From: Spirochaetales bacterium
GTDB lineage: Bacteria; Spirochaetota; Spirochaetia; JABEVK01
NCBI GenBank assembly: GCA_037142615.1
Contig: JBAXAI010000005.1
Location: 90,120 to 154,119, forward strand
Direction of reading: 5' to 3'
DNA length: 64,000 nt
Shown: in pieces, positions 29,997 through 39,975 of the stretch
Numbering within the stretch: the stretch's first letter is position 1
Layout of the letters: each line of letters starts with the position of its first letter
Position numbers and translations under genes: made by a program
Notes under the pieces: generated by a model
Databases searched by the model: none
Seen by the model: only the letters and a program-made list of their open reading frames with translations
What the model was told of the DNA's origin: nothing

Positions 29997-31193
29997 ATGC
30001 CCGCCCGTTTTCCTGCCCTGCATAATCGACCCTTCCGAGCCTTCTGGCTCAGCCAGACTGTTTCGCTCACCGGTACGTGGATGCAGAACCTCGCCCTACC
30101 GTGGCTGGCCTACACGCTTACGGGCAGCCCCTTCCTGCTCGGGCTGGTGGGAGCGTTCCAATTCCTGCCCACGATGCTGCTTTCGCTGTTTGCGGGGGCC
30201 GTCATCGACCGTCAGGTCAAGGTCAAGGTCGTTTTCGCGGCGCAGGTTACCCTGATGCTGGGGTCGGCACTCCTGGCGGCTTTGGTGTTCACCCACAGTG
30301 CGAGCTACCCTCTCTTGCTCGGGGTGGCCCTGGTGATGGGAATGGCGACCATGATGGATTTCCCGGCGCGGCAAGCCATGGTGGGCGAACTGGTGGGCAA
30401 GGAACTGCTGATGAATGCGGTGGCGCTGAACTCCTCGCTGTTCAACGCGGCCCGGATCGTCGGCCCCGCACTGGCGGGCTTGGTCATGGGCGCGTGGGGC
30501 ATCGGTTGGTGCTTCGCCCTGAACGCGGTGAGCTTTCTGCCAACCTTGTTCGTCTTGTCACGGTTGCCTCGAAAGGTTCCGCCGGCAACGGGGGAGCCCC
30601 GACACCTGTGGAAAGACACCAAAGACGGGGTCAAGTACGTGCTCGCGCTCCCAGGACTTCGGAGTGTGCTGCTGGCGGTGGGCCTGATGAGCATCTTCGG
30701 CTTCAACTTCTCGGTGTTGCTTCCCGTGCTGGTGAAGCAGAAACTCGGGCTGGGCGAGACCGCCTACGGTCTGCTCATGAGTTGCATGGGCGTCGGCAGC
30801 TTCCTGGCCGCGTTCACGATTGCTGCCCGCAGTTCGCGCGGCCCCCGCGTGGCAATTCTGGCGTTGGCGCCTTTGGCAACCGGCGTCTTGTTCCTCGGCT
30901 TGGCCTTTGCGCCGTGGCTGCCCTTGATCGGGGGCCTGATGGTGTTGGTCGGTTTTTCCAACGTGGCCTTTTTCACCACGGCCAATTCGTACCTCCAGGT
31001 AACGACAGACCCTCGCTACACGGGACGGGTGACCGCGTACTACAGCCTTCTGTTCGGGGGCATGACACCGCTCGGCAGTACGCTCGCGGGGGCACTTGTC
31101 GAAAAAGGCGGCCCCGGGTTGGGCTTCTTGGTGACTGGCTCGGTTCTCATTTTTGTGGCAGTCGTCTACCGGGTTGCGCGCAACCGGACCTGA
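29997..31193 (+). CDS. MFS transporter
   Basis: FRAFW...SLTGTWMQ, GAVIDR, PARQA, NAVALNS..FNAAR..GP; about 12 TM. Confidence 0.92.
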   Translation: MPARFPALHNRPFRAFWLSQTVSLTGTWMQNLALPWLAYTLTGSPFLLGLVGAFQFLPTMLLSLFAGAVIDRQVKVKVVFAAQVTLMLGSALLAALVFTHSASYPLLLGVALVMGMATMMDFPARQAMVGELVGKELLMNAVALNSSLFNAARIVGPALAGLVMGAWGIGWCFALNAVSFLPTLFVLSRLPRKVPPATGEPRHLWKDTKDGVKYVLALPGLRSVLLAVGLMSIFGFNFSVLLPVLVKQKLGLGETAYGLLMSCMGVGSFLAAFTIAARSSRGPRVAILALAPLATGVLFLGLAFAPWLPLIGGLMVLVGFSNVAFFTTANSYLQVTTDPRYTGRVTAYYSLLFGGMTPLGSTLAGALVEKGGPGLGFLVTGSVLIFVAVVYRVARNRT

Positions 31194-31247
31194 CCTTTGG
31201 GCGCTAGCATTCTTGCAATCCTCAGCGAAATAGTGCACACTCAAGGC

Positions 31248-31631
31248 ATGCTGGTTTTGGTGGCCGACGACGAGCCAACAAGTCTCCTCTTGATGAGAAG
31301 TTACCTCGGAGCTCTTGCCAAGGTGATCGTGCGCGAAAACGGGGTCGAGGCTTGGGAGGCCTACCTGGAGCACCGGCCGGATTTGGTTGTCCTTGACCTC
31401 GGCATGCCGGGGCTTTCGGGGCACGAGGTGGCCCGGCGGATCCGAGCTACTCCGGACGGCCACCGGTGCCGCCTCCTGGCGATGTCGGCAAGCCCTGCCG
31501 TCGATATTGGCATTACCGCCGCCGATGGGCTTTGGGATGGCTACCTGGAGAAGCCGGTTTCTCGTTCTACCCTTGCAAAAATCGCGATAAAGCTGCTCAA
31601 GATTGTTGACGCGGACCCCTGTTCTCCCTAA
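31248..31631 (+). CDS. Single-domain response regulator (receiver)
   Basis: VADDE, DLVVLDLGMPGLSG and YLEKP; start at ATG 31248. Confidence 0.88.
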   Translation: MLVLVADDEPTSLLLMRSYLGALAKVIVRENGVEAWEAYLEHRPDLVVLDLGMPGLSGHEVARRIRATPDGHRCRLLAMSASPAVDIGITAADGLWDGYLEKPVSRSTLAKIAIKLLKIVDADPCSP

Positions 31632-31656
31632 TATGTCGGGCTAAAAGAAGGTTTCC

Positions 31657-32346
31657 GTGAAGATACTCCTGGAAGATGATTCCGTCGTCGTCATCGACAA
31701 GCCTGTGGGCATCTCCACCATTCCGGAACGCTTGGACCCGCAAGGGGCCTGCATCCGCAAGAGCGTCGAGGAAGCCATCGGCCAGAAGCTTCTGGTCGTC
31801 CACCGCCTCGACAAAGAGGTCAGCGGGGTTCTGGTGTTCGCCAAAACGGCCGAGGCCCACCGGTTTCTCAGCATGGAGTTCGAGCATCATCGGGTGGCCA
31901 AGACCTACCTCGCCCTTCTTTGGGGGTACCTGGAACAGTCGGTGGGCCTCATCGACAAGCCCATCCGCCAGTTCGGCTCGGGCCGCATGGGCATCGACGA
32001 CGATCAGGGCAAAGCTTCCCAGACCGAGTACCAGGTGATTGAACGCTGGAAGGATCTCACCCTGGTCGAGGCCATGCCCAAGACCGGGCGTCGCCACCAA
32101 CTGCGTGTGCACTTCTACAGCGCCGGGCATCCCATCGTGGGCGACCGCCGCTACCACCTGCCCCGTTGGACCGAACAACTGCCACGCCTGATGCTCCACT
32201 CGCACAAACTTCGCATCCGGCACCCGTCGGGCAAGTTCCTCGAGGTGGAGAGCCCTCCCCCGGTCGCTTTTGAAGACATTTTGACCAGTTTTCGCCAGCA
32301 AGCGTACCATGGAGTAGGCATCAAGGCCGTTGCCGGGCTGACATGA
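31657..32346 (+). CDS. RluA-family pseudouridine synthase
   Basis: DKPVG, VHRLDKEVSG, TGRRHQLRVH and GHPIVGD. Confidence 0.93.
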   Translation: MKILLEDDSVVVIDKPVGISTIPERLDPQGACIRKSVEEAIGQKLLVVHRLDKEVSGVLVFAKTAEAHRFLSMEFEHHRVAKTYLALLWGYLEQSVGLIDKPIRQFGSGRMGIDDDQGKASQTEYQVIERWKDLTLVEAMPKTGRRHQLRVHFYSAGHPIVGDRRYHLPRWTEQLPRLMLHSHKLRIRHPSGKFLEVESPPPVAFEDILTSFRQQAYHGVGIKAVAGLT

Positions 32347-33905
32347 AACACGGGTCGGCGCTCGCAGGCCTCGCGTTGCTCGCAGCGCTCGGTTCGCTGG
32401 TGGCCTGCACGACCGCGGGCGGTGATGGTTTTGCCCGCGACGTGAAGCAGCAGCGGCTGGAACTCCAACTCAAACCAGTTCCCGAGAAGCCTGCTGCCGG
32501 GCTCAAAATTGTGGCCGATCCCCCTACGGCGAAGATCTACTTGGATGGCCGCCTCGCGGGTACGGGAACCGCCCTGCTCGACACCTCGGTGGCCGGCGCT
32601 ACAACTCAGGTCGTCGTCGAGGCCAAGTCGTACCGACCGCGCCATGTGACGATCGAGTCAAAAGGGCAGAACGAAGTGCTCCTCGTGCAATTGGAGCCGA
32701 TCACGGGCTTCCTGGTCCTCGAGCGGCCGGAAGTGACCAATGCGGACTTCTCGCTCGCGGTGGACGGGAACGAGGTTTCTGCCGGACCCCACACGGTGCT
32801 GATCGGCTTTCATACGGTCGCGTGGCGACAGTTCGGTTCGGTGCCCCGGTCGCAGACGGTGGTCGTCGGAGAAAACCAGATCACCCGATTGTCGCTCGAC
32901 CTGACTCCCGCAGAGTTTGCCCTCACCGATTTGGGTACCAGCCGCAGAGGTGCGTTCAATCCCGAGTTGGCGGGGCCCGAGGGGCAGGTCAAGTTCCGCT
33001 TTTCGGCCACTGGTCCGGGTTCGGCCCGCCTGACGGTGTTTTCGCCGGCGGGGGTTCCGGTGCGTACGTTCCTGTTTTCCACGCTGACCTGGTCGCAAGC
33101 CGCCACTTGGGACGGCCGCGATGAAGCCGGGGCACTTTTGGAACCAGGACCCTACCGGGTGAGCCTGACCGGTGGCGGGCCCGCAGACCCGGAGCACCCT
33201 TGGCAAGAGCTAGTTGTGGGTATCGACGCGGCGCTGACCAGCTACCTTGCGAGGCCCTCGGAAGCCCCCACACCCGACGTGTTGGGCGAGGGGCTCGTGC
33301 AGGTGGGCGCCTGGGTCACAGGGCACTCCGGGGTGGTCGAGGGAGTACCCGTCACCCTACTTCCCTTCGGCGTTCGACTGACTTCGGGCTTCCTTTCGGG
33401 CTGGGATTTGGCGCTTCAGTGGGATGCCGCGGTGATGAATCCTGGCGCGGGACTCTGGCGGGCAGGTCTCGAGCTCGGCAGGCGTCTGTTTCCAACCGGA
33501 AGTCTGTTGTCGCTCAAGGCGCTCGCTTCCGTTCAAACTGAACTGGCCGAGGGCGCGCTCTTCTCGGCTCAACTTGTCGCGGCAACGCCCGGCCCTTGGC
33601 GTTTTACGCTCGCCCCGGGTGTAGCGCAGTCAACCTCCACTGGCCAGACCTTGGCCACAGGGGCGGCGGCGCTGGCTTGGTCTGGCGGCCCGCTCACCTT
33701 GGTGACTTCGGCCAACGGCGAAGCGCTCATCGGCAACGGGCTGACGCCGTCAGGGCCCCTGCGCACCGGGCTCGAGCTGCGCTGGCTCACGGGTCCCGGA
33801 GGCCTGACGTGGTCGGCTCTCGCGACGGCCAACATCTACAGCCCCGACTCCTGGACTGTGTACGCCGGAATCGGCGTTGCTACCCTGCTCGATACGCTGG
33901 ATTGA
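32343..33905 (+). CDS. PEGA- and FlgD-Ig-domain lipoprotein with a beta-rich C-terminus
   Basis: Lipobox LVA-C; PEGA-like (P..AKIYLDG...G); FlgD-like (FNP...WDGRDEAG...PGPY). Confidence 0.7.
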   Translation: MKHGSALAGLALLAALGSLVACTTAGGDGFARDVKQQRLELQLKPVPEKPAAGLKIVADPPTAKIYLDGRLAGTGTALLDTSVAGATTQVVVEAKSYRPRHVTIESKGQNEVLLVQLEPITGFLVLERPEVTNADFSLAVDGNEVSAGPHTVLIGFHTVAWRQFGSVPRSQTVVVGENQITRLSLDLTPAEFALTDLGTSRRGAFNPELAGPEGQVKFRFSATGPGSARLTVFSPAGVPVRTFLFSTLTWSQAATWDGRDEAGALLEPGPYRVSLTGGGPADPEHPWQELVVGIDAALTSYLARPSEAPTPDVLGEGLVQVGAWVTGHSGVVEGVPVTLLPFGVRLTSGFLSGWDLALQWDAAVMNPGAGLWRAGLELGRRLFPTGSLLSLKALASVQTELAEGALFSAQLVAATPGPWRFTLAPGVAQSTSTGQTLATGAAALAWSGGPLTLVTSANGEALIGNGLTPSGPLRTGLELRWLTGPGGLTWSALATANIYSPDSWTVYAGIGVATLLDTLD

Positions 33906-33935
33906 TCGCCCTTCAAGTGCTACATTAGGCGAACC

Positions 33936-34928
33936 ATGTCGATCATCAATAACAGCAAAACCGACCCCAACAAAATCCTGCCCATGACCTACATGTGGGC
34001 CCGCCAGCACTACAAAGACGGCGTGGCGAACAACTGGGTTCCCGAAGAAATCCCGATGCAGGACGACATTGAGCAGTGGAAAAACTCGACCGCGCTCACC
34101 GACGAAGAACGCCGGCTCATCTACTGGAACCTGGGCTTTTTCAGCACCGCTGAGAGCCTCACGGCCAACAACATCGTGCTCGCGGTGTACAACCACGTCA
34201 CCAACCCCGAGTGCCGCCAGTACATGCTGCGCCAGGCCTACGAAGAGGCCATCCACACCGACACGTTCATCTACTGCTGCGACTCGCTCGGTCTCGACCC
34301 GGAACAGATCTACACGATGTACCAGACGATTCCTTCGATCAAAGAGAAGGACGACTTCGTGGTGGAGCTCACCAAGAGCGTGTTCGACCCCAACTTCAAC
34401 ACCATCGGCGACAACAACATCCAGGCCTTCGTGCACGACCTGATCGGCTACTACGTCATCATGGAAGGCATTTTTTTCTACGCCGGCTTCGCCATGATGC
34501 TCGCGCTCAAGCGCCAGCGCAAAATGATCGGCATCGGCGAGCAGTTCGAGTACATCATGCGCGACGAGAGCATTCACCTCAACTTCGGCTGCGACCTGAT
34601 CACCACCATCGTCAGCGAGTTCCCCCAAATCTGGACTCCCGCGTTCAAGGAAGAGATCGTGCGCCTGATCAAGAAGTCGGTGGAGCTCGAAAAAATCTAC
34701 GCCCGCGATGCTTGCCCGGGGGGCATCTTGGGCATCAACAGCGAGCAGTTCTGCGACTACGTCGAATACATCGCCGACCGCCGCCTGGAACGCATCGGCC
34801 TGACCAAGGTGTACGACACCGAAAACCCCTTCCCCTGGATGAGCCAAGCCACCGACCTGTCGAAAGAGAAGAACTTCTTCGAAACCCGGGTGACCGAATA
34901 TCAAACGGGTGGGCTGGACTGGGACTGA
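33936..34928 (+). CDS. nrdB: Ribonucleotide reductase beta subunit, class Ic (R2c) signature
   Basis: NLGFFSTAESL, EEAIHTDTF, MEGIFFY, RDESIH and KEKNFFETRV..Y. Confidence 0.95.
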   Translation: MSIINNSKTDPNKILPMTYMWARQHYKDGVANNWVPEEIPMQDDIEQWKNSTALTDEERRLIYWNLGFFSTAESLTANNIVLAVYNHVTNPECRQYMLRQAYEEAIHTDTFIYCCDSLGLDPEQIYTMYQTIPSIKEKDDFVVELTKSVFDPNFNTIGDNNIQAFVHDLIGYYVIMEGIFFYAGFAMMLALKRQRKMIGIGEQFEYIMRDESIHLNFGCDLITTIVSEFPQIWTPAFKEEIVRLIKKSVELEKIYARDACPGGILGINSEQFCDYVEYIADRRLERIGLTKVYDTENPFPWMSQATDLSKEKNFFETRVTEYQTGGLDWD

Positions 34929-34933
34929 GAAGC

Positions 34934-35347
34934 GTGCAGACCGATGTGCGCTGGATGCAGCGCCTGGCGAACTACCGCCGCGCCTGCGCCAACCTCGAGG
35001 CGGCCACCAAGCTGGCAGCAACGCGCCCTTTGTCAGAGCTCGAAGGTCAGGGTTTGATCCAAGCTTTTGAGTTTACGCACGAACTGGCCTGGAATGTGAT
35101 GAAGGATTGGTTCGACGACCAGGGAGCCACCATCATCACAGGATCCAAGGACGCCACGAGAGAAGCCTTTGCCAAGGGGCTCATCGCCGAAGGGCAAGTG
35201 TGGATGGACATGATCAAGGGGCGAAACCTCTCGTCACACACCTACAATGCCGCCACGGCCGACGAGCTGACGACGTCGATCCTGACCCGCTTCGCGCCGG
35301 AGTTGCTGGCGTTCTGCAGGTCGATGACCAAGAGGGAAGCGCCGTGA
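34934..35347 (+). CDS. HEPN-domain nucleotidyltransferase substrate-binding protein (HI0074 family)
   Basis: RW.QRL.NY, GLIQAFEFTHELAW, W.DMI..RNLSSHTY (R-x4-H); GTG start 5 nt after the nrdB stop. Confidence 0.9.
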   Translation: MQTDVRWMQRLANYRRACANLEAATKLAATRPLSELEGQGLIQAFEFTHELAWNVMKDWFDDQGATIITGSKDATREAFAKGLIAEGQVWMDMIKGRNLSSHTYNAATADELTTSILTRFAPELLAFCRSMTKREAP

Positions 35348-35649
35348 TTCCCGGATTGCCTGCCCAGGCCTCAATAGCTGTGGAAGCCATCCTCGGTGCG
35401 ACCCCCGGCGTTCGCCAAGCCGTTGTGTACGGTTCGCGCGCCAAAGGCAACTTTCGCCCTGGGTCCGATGTCGATATCTGCCTCGATGCGCCCGGGCTAT
35501 CCCTTTCCCAGCTAGGGAACCTGGAAGACCGGATCGACGACTTGTACCTGCCCTGGAAGTTTGACCTCACGGTGCGCCAGAAGATCGCCGACCCGGCCCT
35601 CTTGGAGCACATCGACAGGGTGGGTGTGGTGCTGGAGCGAGGTAGCTAG
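35344..35649 (+). CDS. Minimal nucleotidyltransferase (MNT, HI0073-like antitoxin)
   Basis: YGSRAKGNFRPGSDVD (GS-x10-DxD) and L..HIDRVG; GTGA overlap with the HEPN gene. Confidence 0.9.
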   Translation: MIPGLPAQASIAVEAILGATPGVRQAVVYGSRAKGNFRPGSDVDICLDAPGLSLSQLGNLEDRIDDLYLPWKFDLTVRQKIADPALLEHIDRVGVVLERGS

Positions 35650-35906
35650 AAGCCGGTGAACAGCAGGTCGATCGCGGCGATCAAGCCGGTGCGGTCGGCC
35701 TTGGCGGAGCCGACGACTGGCCCGGGGAGACTCACCGGCACGGCCGCCAGTTCCTGAAACACAACGACAAACTCCTTCCCATCGACCATCACGGTCGGGT
35801 TCAAGCGGCTCACGGCTGGTCTGCTGGAACTAGCCGGGCGAACGGAGGCAAACCACCCGCGTTGGTAGTCGCCCGAGAACGCTCGCTCAACCTGCGGCAG
35901 ATCCAT
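35646..35906 (-). pseudogene. ccdB: CcdB-like toxin remnant (frameshifted, 5'-decayed)
   Basis: C-terminal RLNPTVMVDGKEFVVVFQELAAVP...VGS....R..LIAAIDLLFTGF*; the expected preceding motif (SVLGRLPTRVV) is in another frame after a TGA; no ccdA seen. Confidence 0.7.
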
Positions 35907-35993
35907 GCACTTACCTGCCAAACCCCTTGACCGCCCGGGCAATTTGGGAACAAGCTCATAGTACACGCGTTCTACACAGCGCGTCCCACACAA

Positions 35994-36677
35994 ATGAGCC
36001 AAACCCGCACCGCCCGCATGATCTACCAGATTCCCGAAACCCGCCGGATGATTCTCGACACGGCGTGGAAGCTCTTCCTCGAAAGGGGCTTTTTCGACAC
36101 CCAGATGAAGGACGTCGCGGACGCGGCCGGCATCGGCCGGACCAGCCTGTACCGCTACTTTCAAGACAAGACTGACCTCGCGGCGACGCTCATGGACCAG
36201 GCGCTGTCGGAGTTCAGCCAAGACGAGGAGTGGCGCGACGAACTGCCTGCGGGAGCCAACGGACTCGAGACGCTGAGGAGTTACTTCCGGTCCCATTGGC
36301 TGTCGCCGCGGTTCCATGAGCAATTCGTGTTCTTGGCCGAGTTCGACGCCTTCTTTTCGGGGAACCGCATTCCCGGCGGGAAGCAGGGTTCGGCGGGCTT
36401 CCGGGCGACCTTGAACGAACATCTCCAGAGTGTCAGCGACTTCAGCCTCGCCGACTTGTTCGCCCAGGGCATCATCGACGGCAGCATCCGCGGCGATCTC
36501 GACCTTCACCTGACGGGCGTCACCCTGCTGAACGCCGTGCGAAGTCTGCAGCAGCGGGTTCTGTTGCGTGGCGATTTGCTGATCGAAACCCTGCCCGGCG
36601 AACCGGAAAAGATGACGTTCGCGCTCGTCGATCTTCTGATCGACGGCCTCAGACCAACCCAAGGAGACACCCCATGA
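35994..36677 (+). CDS. TetR/AcrR family transcriptional regulator
   Basis: ILDTA..LF..RGF..T.M.DVA..AGIGR.SLYRYF.DK HTH. Confidence 0.92.
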   Translation: MSQTRTARMIYQIPETRRMILDTAWKLFLERGFFDTQMKDVADAAGIGRTSLYRYFQDKTDLAATLMDQALSEFSQDEEWRDELPAGANGLETLRSYFRSHWLSPRFHEQFVFLAEFDAFFSGNRIPGGKQGSAGFRATLNEHLQSVSDFSLADLFAQGIIDGSIRGDLDLHLTGVTLLNAVRSLQQRVLLRGDLLIETLPGEPEKMTFALVDLLIDGLRPTQGDTP

Positions 36678-38980
36678 AGAAGAACACTGATGCGCTGCTC
36701 AAAGAACTCACCCTGGAAGAAAAGGCCGGACTCTGTTCTGGCAAAGACTTTTGGACCACCAAACCGGTCGAACGCCTTGGCCTCGGTTCGTGGATGATGA
36801 CCGATGGTCCGCACGGCCTGCGCAAACAGGTCGCCAAGGACGGGCTCGGCTTGCTCGACAGCGTGCCCTCCACGTGCTTCCCGTCGGGCGTCGCCCTGGC
36901 CTCGACCTGGAACCGGGCCCTGATCGAAGAGGTCGGACAGGCCCTGGGCCGCGAGTCCAAGGCCAACCAGGTGGGCGTCATCCTCGGGCCTGCCGTCAAC
37001 ATCAAGCGAAGCCCTTTGTGCGGACGCAACTTTGAGTACCTGTCGGAAGACCCTTACGTGGCGGGCGAAATGGCCAAGCACCACATTCTCGGCGTACAGT
37101 CACAAGGAGTCGGCACCTCGCTCAAGCACTTCGCAGTTAACAACCAGGAAAAACTGCGCATGACCATCGATGCCATCGTCGACGAGCGCACGCTGCGCGA
37201 AATCTACCTGCCGGCGTTCGAAACGGCCGTGGTGGGGGCCCAACCGTGGACCGTGATGTGCAGCTACAACAAGCTCAACGGCACCTACGCCGCCGAGAAC
37301 GCTTGGTTGCTCACGCAGGTCCTCAAGGAAGAATGGGGCCACACCGGCTTCGTGGTCACCGACTGGGGCGCCGCCAATGACAGGGTCGAGGGCCTCCGTG
37401 CGGGCGAGGACTTGGAGATGCCCGGCAACGGCGGCATCACCGACGCCGACATCGTCAAGGCCGTGAAGAGCGGCAAGTTGCCCCTGGCCGACCTCGACAG
37501 GGCCGTGCGGCGCATCTTGAACATCACCGCCAAGGTGTTCGACAACCTCGACGCCAAGGCCAGCTACGACCAAGCCGCACACCACGCGCTGGCGCGCCGA
37601 GTCGCCACCGAGGCGATGGTCCTGCTCAAAAACGACGGGTCCGTTTTGCCGCTCACGCAAAAGAAGGTGGCCTTTGTCGGCGCGTTTGCCCGCACCCCCC
37701 GCTACCAGGGCGGCGGCAGCAGCCACATCGTCCCCACTCAGATCGACGACGCGGTCGCAGTGGCTCAAAAGGAAGCTCCGGCCGGTACCGAAATCATCTT
37801 CGCCCCCGGCTATGTGATGGATGCGGAACTGCCCGACGCCAAGTTGATCGCCGAAGCGGTCGCCGTAGCCAAGGACGCCGAGGTGGCCGTGGTCTTTATC
37901 GGGCTTACCGACCCGTTTGAGAGCGAAGGCTACGACCGCAAGCACCTCGGTATCCCCGCCAGCCACAGCGACCTGCTCGAGGCGGTGCTGGCCGTGCAGA
38001 AAAATGTCGTCGTAGTGCTCAGCAACGGTTCGCCCATTGAAATGCCGTGGTTGAGCCGAGTGCCTGCCGTGCTCGAAGGCTACCTGGGTGGTCAGGCCTG
38101 GGGTGGCGCGGTCGTCGACCTGTTGTTCGGCAAGGCCAACCCCTCGGGAAAACTGGCCGAGACCTTCCCGGCCCGCCTGGAAGACACGCCGAGTTACCTG
38201 AACTTCCCCGGCGACGGCACCCGGGTCGAGTACCGCGAGGGGCTTTTCGTCGGCTACCGCCACCACGATGCGATCAACCTTGCGCCCCTGTTCCCCTTCG
38301 GCCACGGGCAGAGCTACACGCAGTTCAGCTACGGCATACTTTCGGTCGAAAACGCCGCCGTGATGGACACCCAAGACGTCGTGGCCCGCGTGACGGTGAC
38401 CAACACCGGCAAAGTCGCGGGAGCCGAGGTGGTGCAACTCTACGTCGGCGACAAAGAAGCCTCGGTGTTGCGCCCCGTTCGCGAGCTCAAGGCCTTCCAA
38501 AAGGTGTTTCTGGCGCCCGGCGAAACGCAGACGGTCGAGTTTACCCTCGGCCGCCGCGCGTTTGCGTTCTGGGCCGTCGAAGAGAGTCGCTGGCTCGTCG
38601 AAACCGGCGACTTCGAGCTCTCGGTGGGCTCGTCGAGCCGCGATCTGCGTGCCTCGGTGATCGTCAACGTCAAGTCGACCGCCCCTCTCAAGCGCGTCTT
38701 CACCGAAAACACCACTCTCGGTTCGCTGATCGATCATCCGGTCGGCGGCGTTGTGGTGCGGGTGGTGATGAAGCAGTTGCAGTCGTCGTTCGGCAGCTAC
38801 GAGGAAGGCTCGGCGGCAGCGCTGATGATGGAGAACATGGTGAAGGACCTGCCTCTGCGCAACCTCATCCGGATGTCAAACGGCATGTTGCCACCGATCT
38901 TCCTCACCCTCCTCCTGGGCGTCCTCAACGGGCTGGAACCGCTTTCGGCCCTCGACCGGTTTATTCCCAACCGAGGGTGA
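36674..38980 (+). CDS. GH3 beta-glucosidase with Fn3-like domain
   Basis: DGPHG, GRNFEY.SEDP, KHFA.N, VTDWG nucleophile, VLLKN and GYR motifs. Confidence 0.95.
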   Translation: MKKNTDALLKELTLEEKAGLCSGKDFWTTKPVERLGLGSWMMTDGPHGLRKQVAKDGLGLLDSVPSTCFPSGVALASTWNRALIEEVGQALGRESKANQVGVILGPAVNIKRSPLCGRNFEYLSEDPYVAGEMAKHHILGVQSQGVGTSLKHFAVNNQEKLRMTIDAIVDERTLREIYLPAFETAVVGAQPWTVMCSYNKLNGTYAAENAWLLTQVLKEEWGHTGFVVTDWGAANDRVEGLRAGEDLEMPGNGGITDADIVKAVKSGKLPLADLDRAVRRILNITAKVFDNLDAKASYDQAAHHALARRVATEAMVLLKNDGSVLPLTQKKVAFVGAFARTPRYQGGGSSHIVPTQIDDAVAVAQKEAPAGTEIIFAPGYVMDAELPDAKLIAEAVAVAKDAEVAVVFIGLTDPFESEGYDRKHLGIPASHSDLLEAVLAVQKNVVVVLSNGSPIEMPWLSRVPAVLEGYLGGQAWGGAVVDLLFGKANPSGKLAETFPARLEDTPSYLNFPGDGTRVEYREGLFVGYRHHDAINLAPLFPFGHGQSYTQFSYGILSVENAAVMDTQDVVARVTVTNTGKVAGAEVVQLYVGDKEASVLRPVRELKAFQKVFLAPGETQTVEFTLGRRAFAFWAVEESRWLVETGDFELSVGSSSRDLRASVIVNVKSTAPLKRVFTENTTLGSLIDHPVGGVVVRVVMKQLQSSFGSYEEGSAAALMMENMVKDLPLRNLIRMSNGMLPPIFLTLLLGVLNGLEPLSALDRFIPNRG

Positions 38981-39842
38981 CGTTGAGCCCGGTTGCCGGG
39001 GGTTGGGTGGCTACGTGCCGCTCGCTTTCGGCGACCAACGGGTGGGTGTCGGCCATGTCAGCGCGGTTGAGCCACTCCCAACTGCCGTCCAAGACGCCCA
39101 GAGCGGGAACCCAGGCACCGGTGCCGTCCAGCAGGCACAACTGCGGGCCGATGAGCCAGGCCGCCAGGTCGGTTCCCCCTTCGGGCACCTTTCCGGTGGC
39201 TTCGGCGGTCCATTCCGTGGGCGTACCGGTGACGGTGGCGTCCTTGTAGCCGGCCCAGAGTTCCAGCGAGCGGAAGCGGGGATGCCGGTCAGCCGAAACC
39301 TCGGCAAGGTACATTCCCACCACGGGGCTTCGGGAGTTCCCGGTGGCGCGCACGGTCACGGTGTCGTTCCAGGTGGTCGTGCCCAAAATCTCGAGCGTGC
39401 TGTCGAGCGGCCTGAGCGTCAAGCTCAGGGACGTCCGGGCGCCGTTGGTGATGACGACGCTGTCCTGGTTGGCCGCCCCGAGCAGGAAGACCGTCGTCGA
39501 GGTAGACGACCGCTTGAGCCCCGCCACCACGATGATGCGCCAGCTGCCCGCCGCCAGACTGAGCACATTGCTGACTCCCGGCTTGAGCACACGCGCGGTG
39601 GCAGTGGCACCCGAATACGCGACGAGTTGAAAGGTATCGGCCGCCCCGGTCAGGCTGGGCCCGAGCAAGGCCTTGCTCGTGTCGTTGGTCCATTGGAGCT
39701 CGAGTTCGCCGCCGGCACCCTTGTCGCCCGTGAAATACTCGGCGGTGGCGGGGGCCGTTGGTCCCGTGCAGCCGATCCAGAAGCTGGCCACCGCCAGCAA
39801 AAGCAAGGTGCCAGCAGTGGCCCTTGCGCTACGTGTTGTCAT
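38961..39842 (-). CDS. Hypothetical lipoprotein / exported protein
   Basis: SD GGAGG before ATG 39842; signal peptide ending WIG-C. Confidence 0.75.
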   Translation of the reverse strand: MTTRSARATAGTLLLLAVASFWIGCTGPTAPATAEYFTGDKGAGGELELQWTNDTSKALLGPSLTGAADTFQLVAYSGATATARVLKPGVSNVLSLAAGSWRIIVVAGLKRSSTSTTVFLLGAANQDSVVITNGARTSLSLTLRPLDSTLEILGTTTWNDTVTVRATGNSRSPVVGMYLAEVSADRHPRFRSLELWAGYKDATVTGTPTEWTAEATGKVPEGGTDLAAWLIGPQLCLLDGTGAWVPALGVLDGSWEWLNRADMADTHPLVAESERHVATQPPATGLNVTLGWE

Positions 39843-39975
39843 AGATTTTCCTCCACCGCACCAGACGGCGATAGAGGTCGATTTGCTTGCGCTTTGGTAC
39901 CGATTTCTGCTGGTCAAAAAGGGACCAGCGTGGTAGCTTGGCCCATCCCCATTACTGGGAGGGGAACTTGTCCGG

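Noticed and set aside
34211-35649. 378-aa and 180-aa track ORFs as single proteins
   Set aside because: Their N-terminal parts are off-frame overlaps of nrdB and the HEPN gene; the real genes start at 34934 and 35344.
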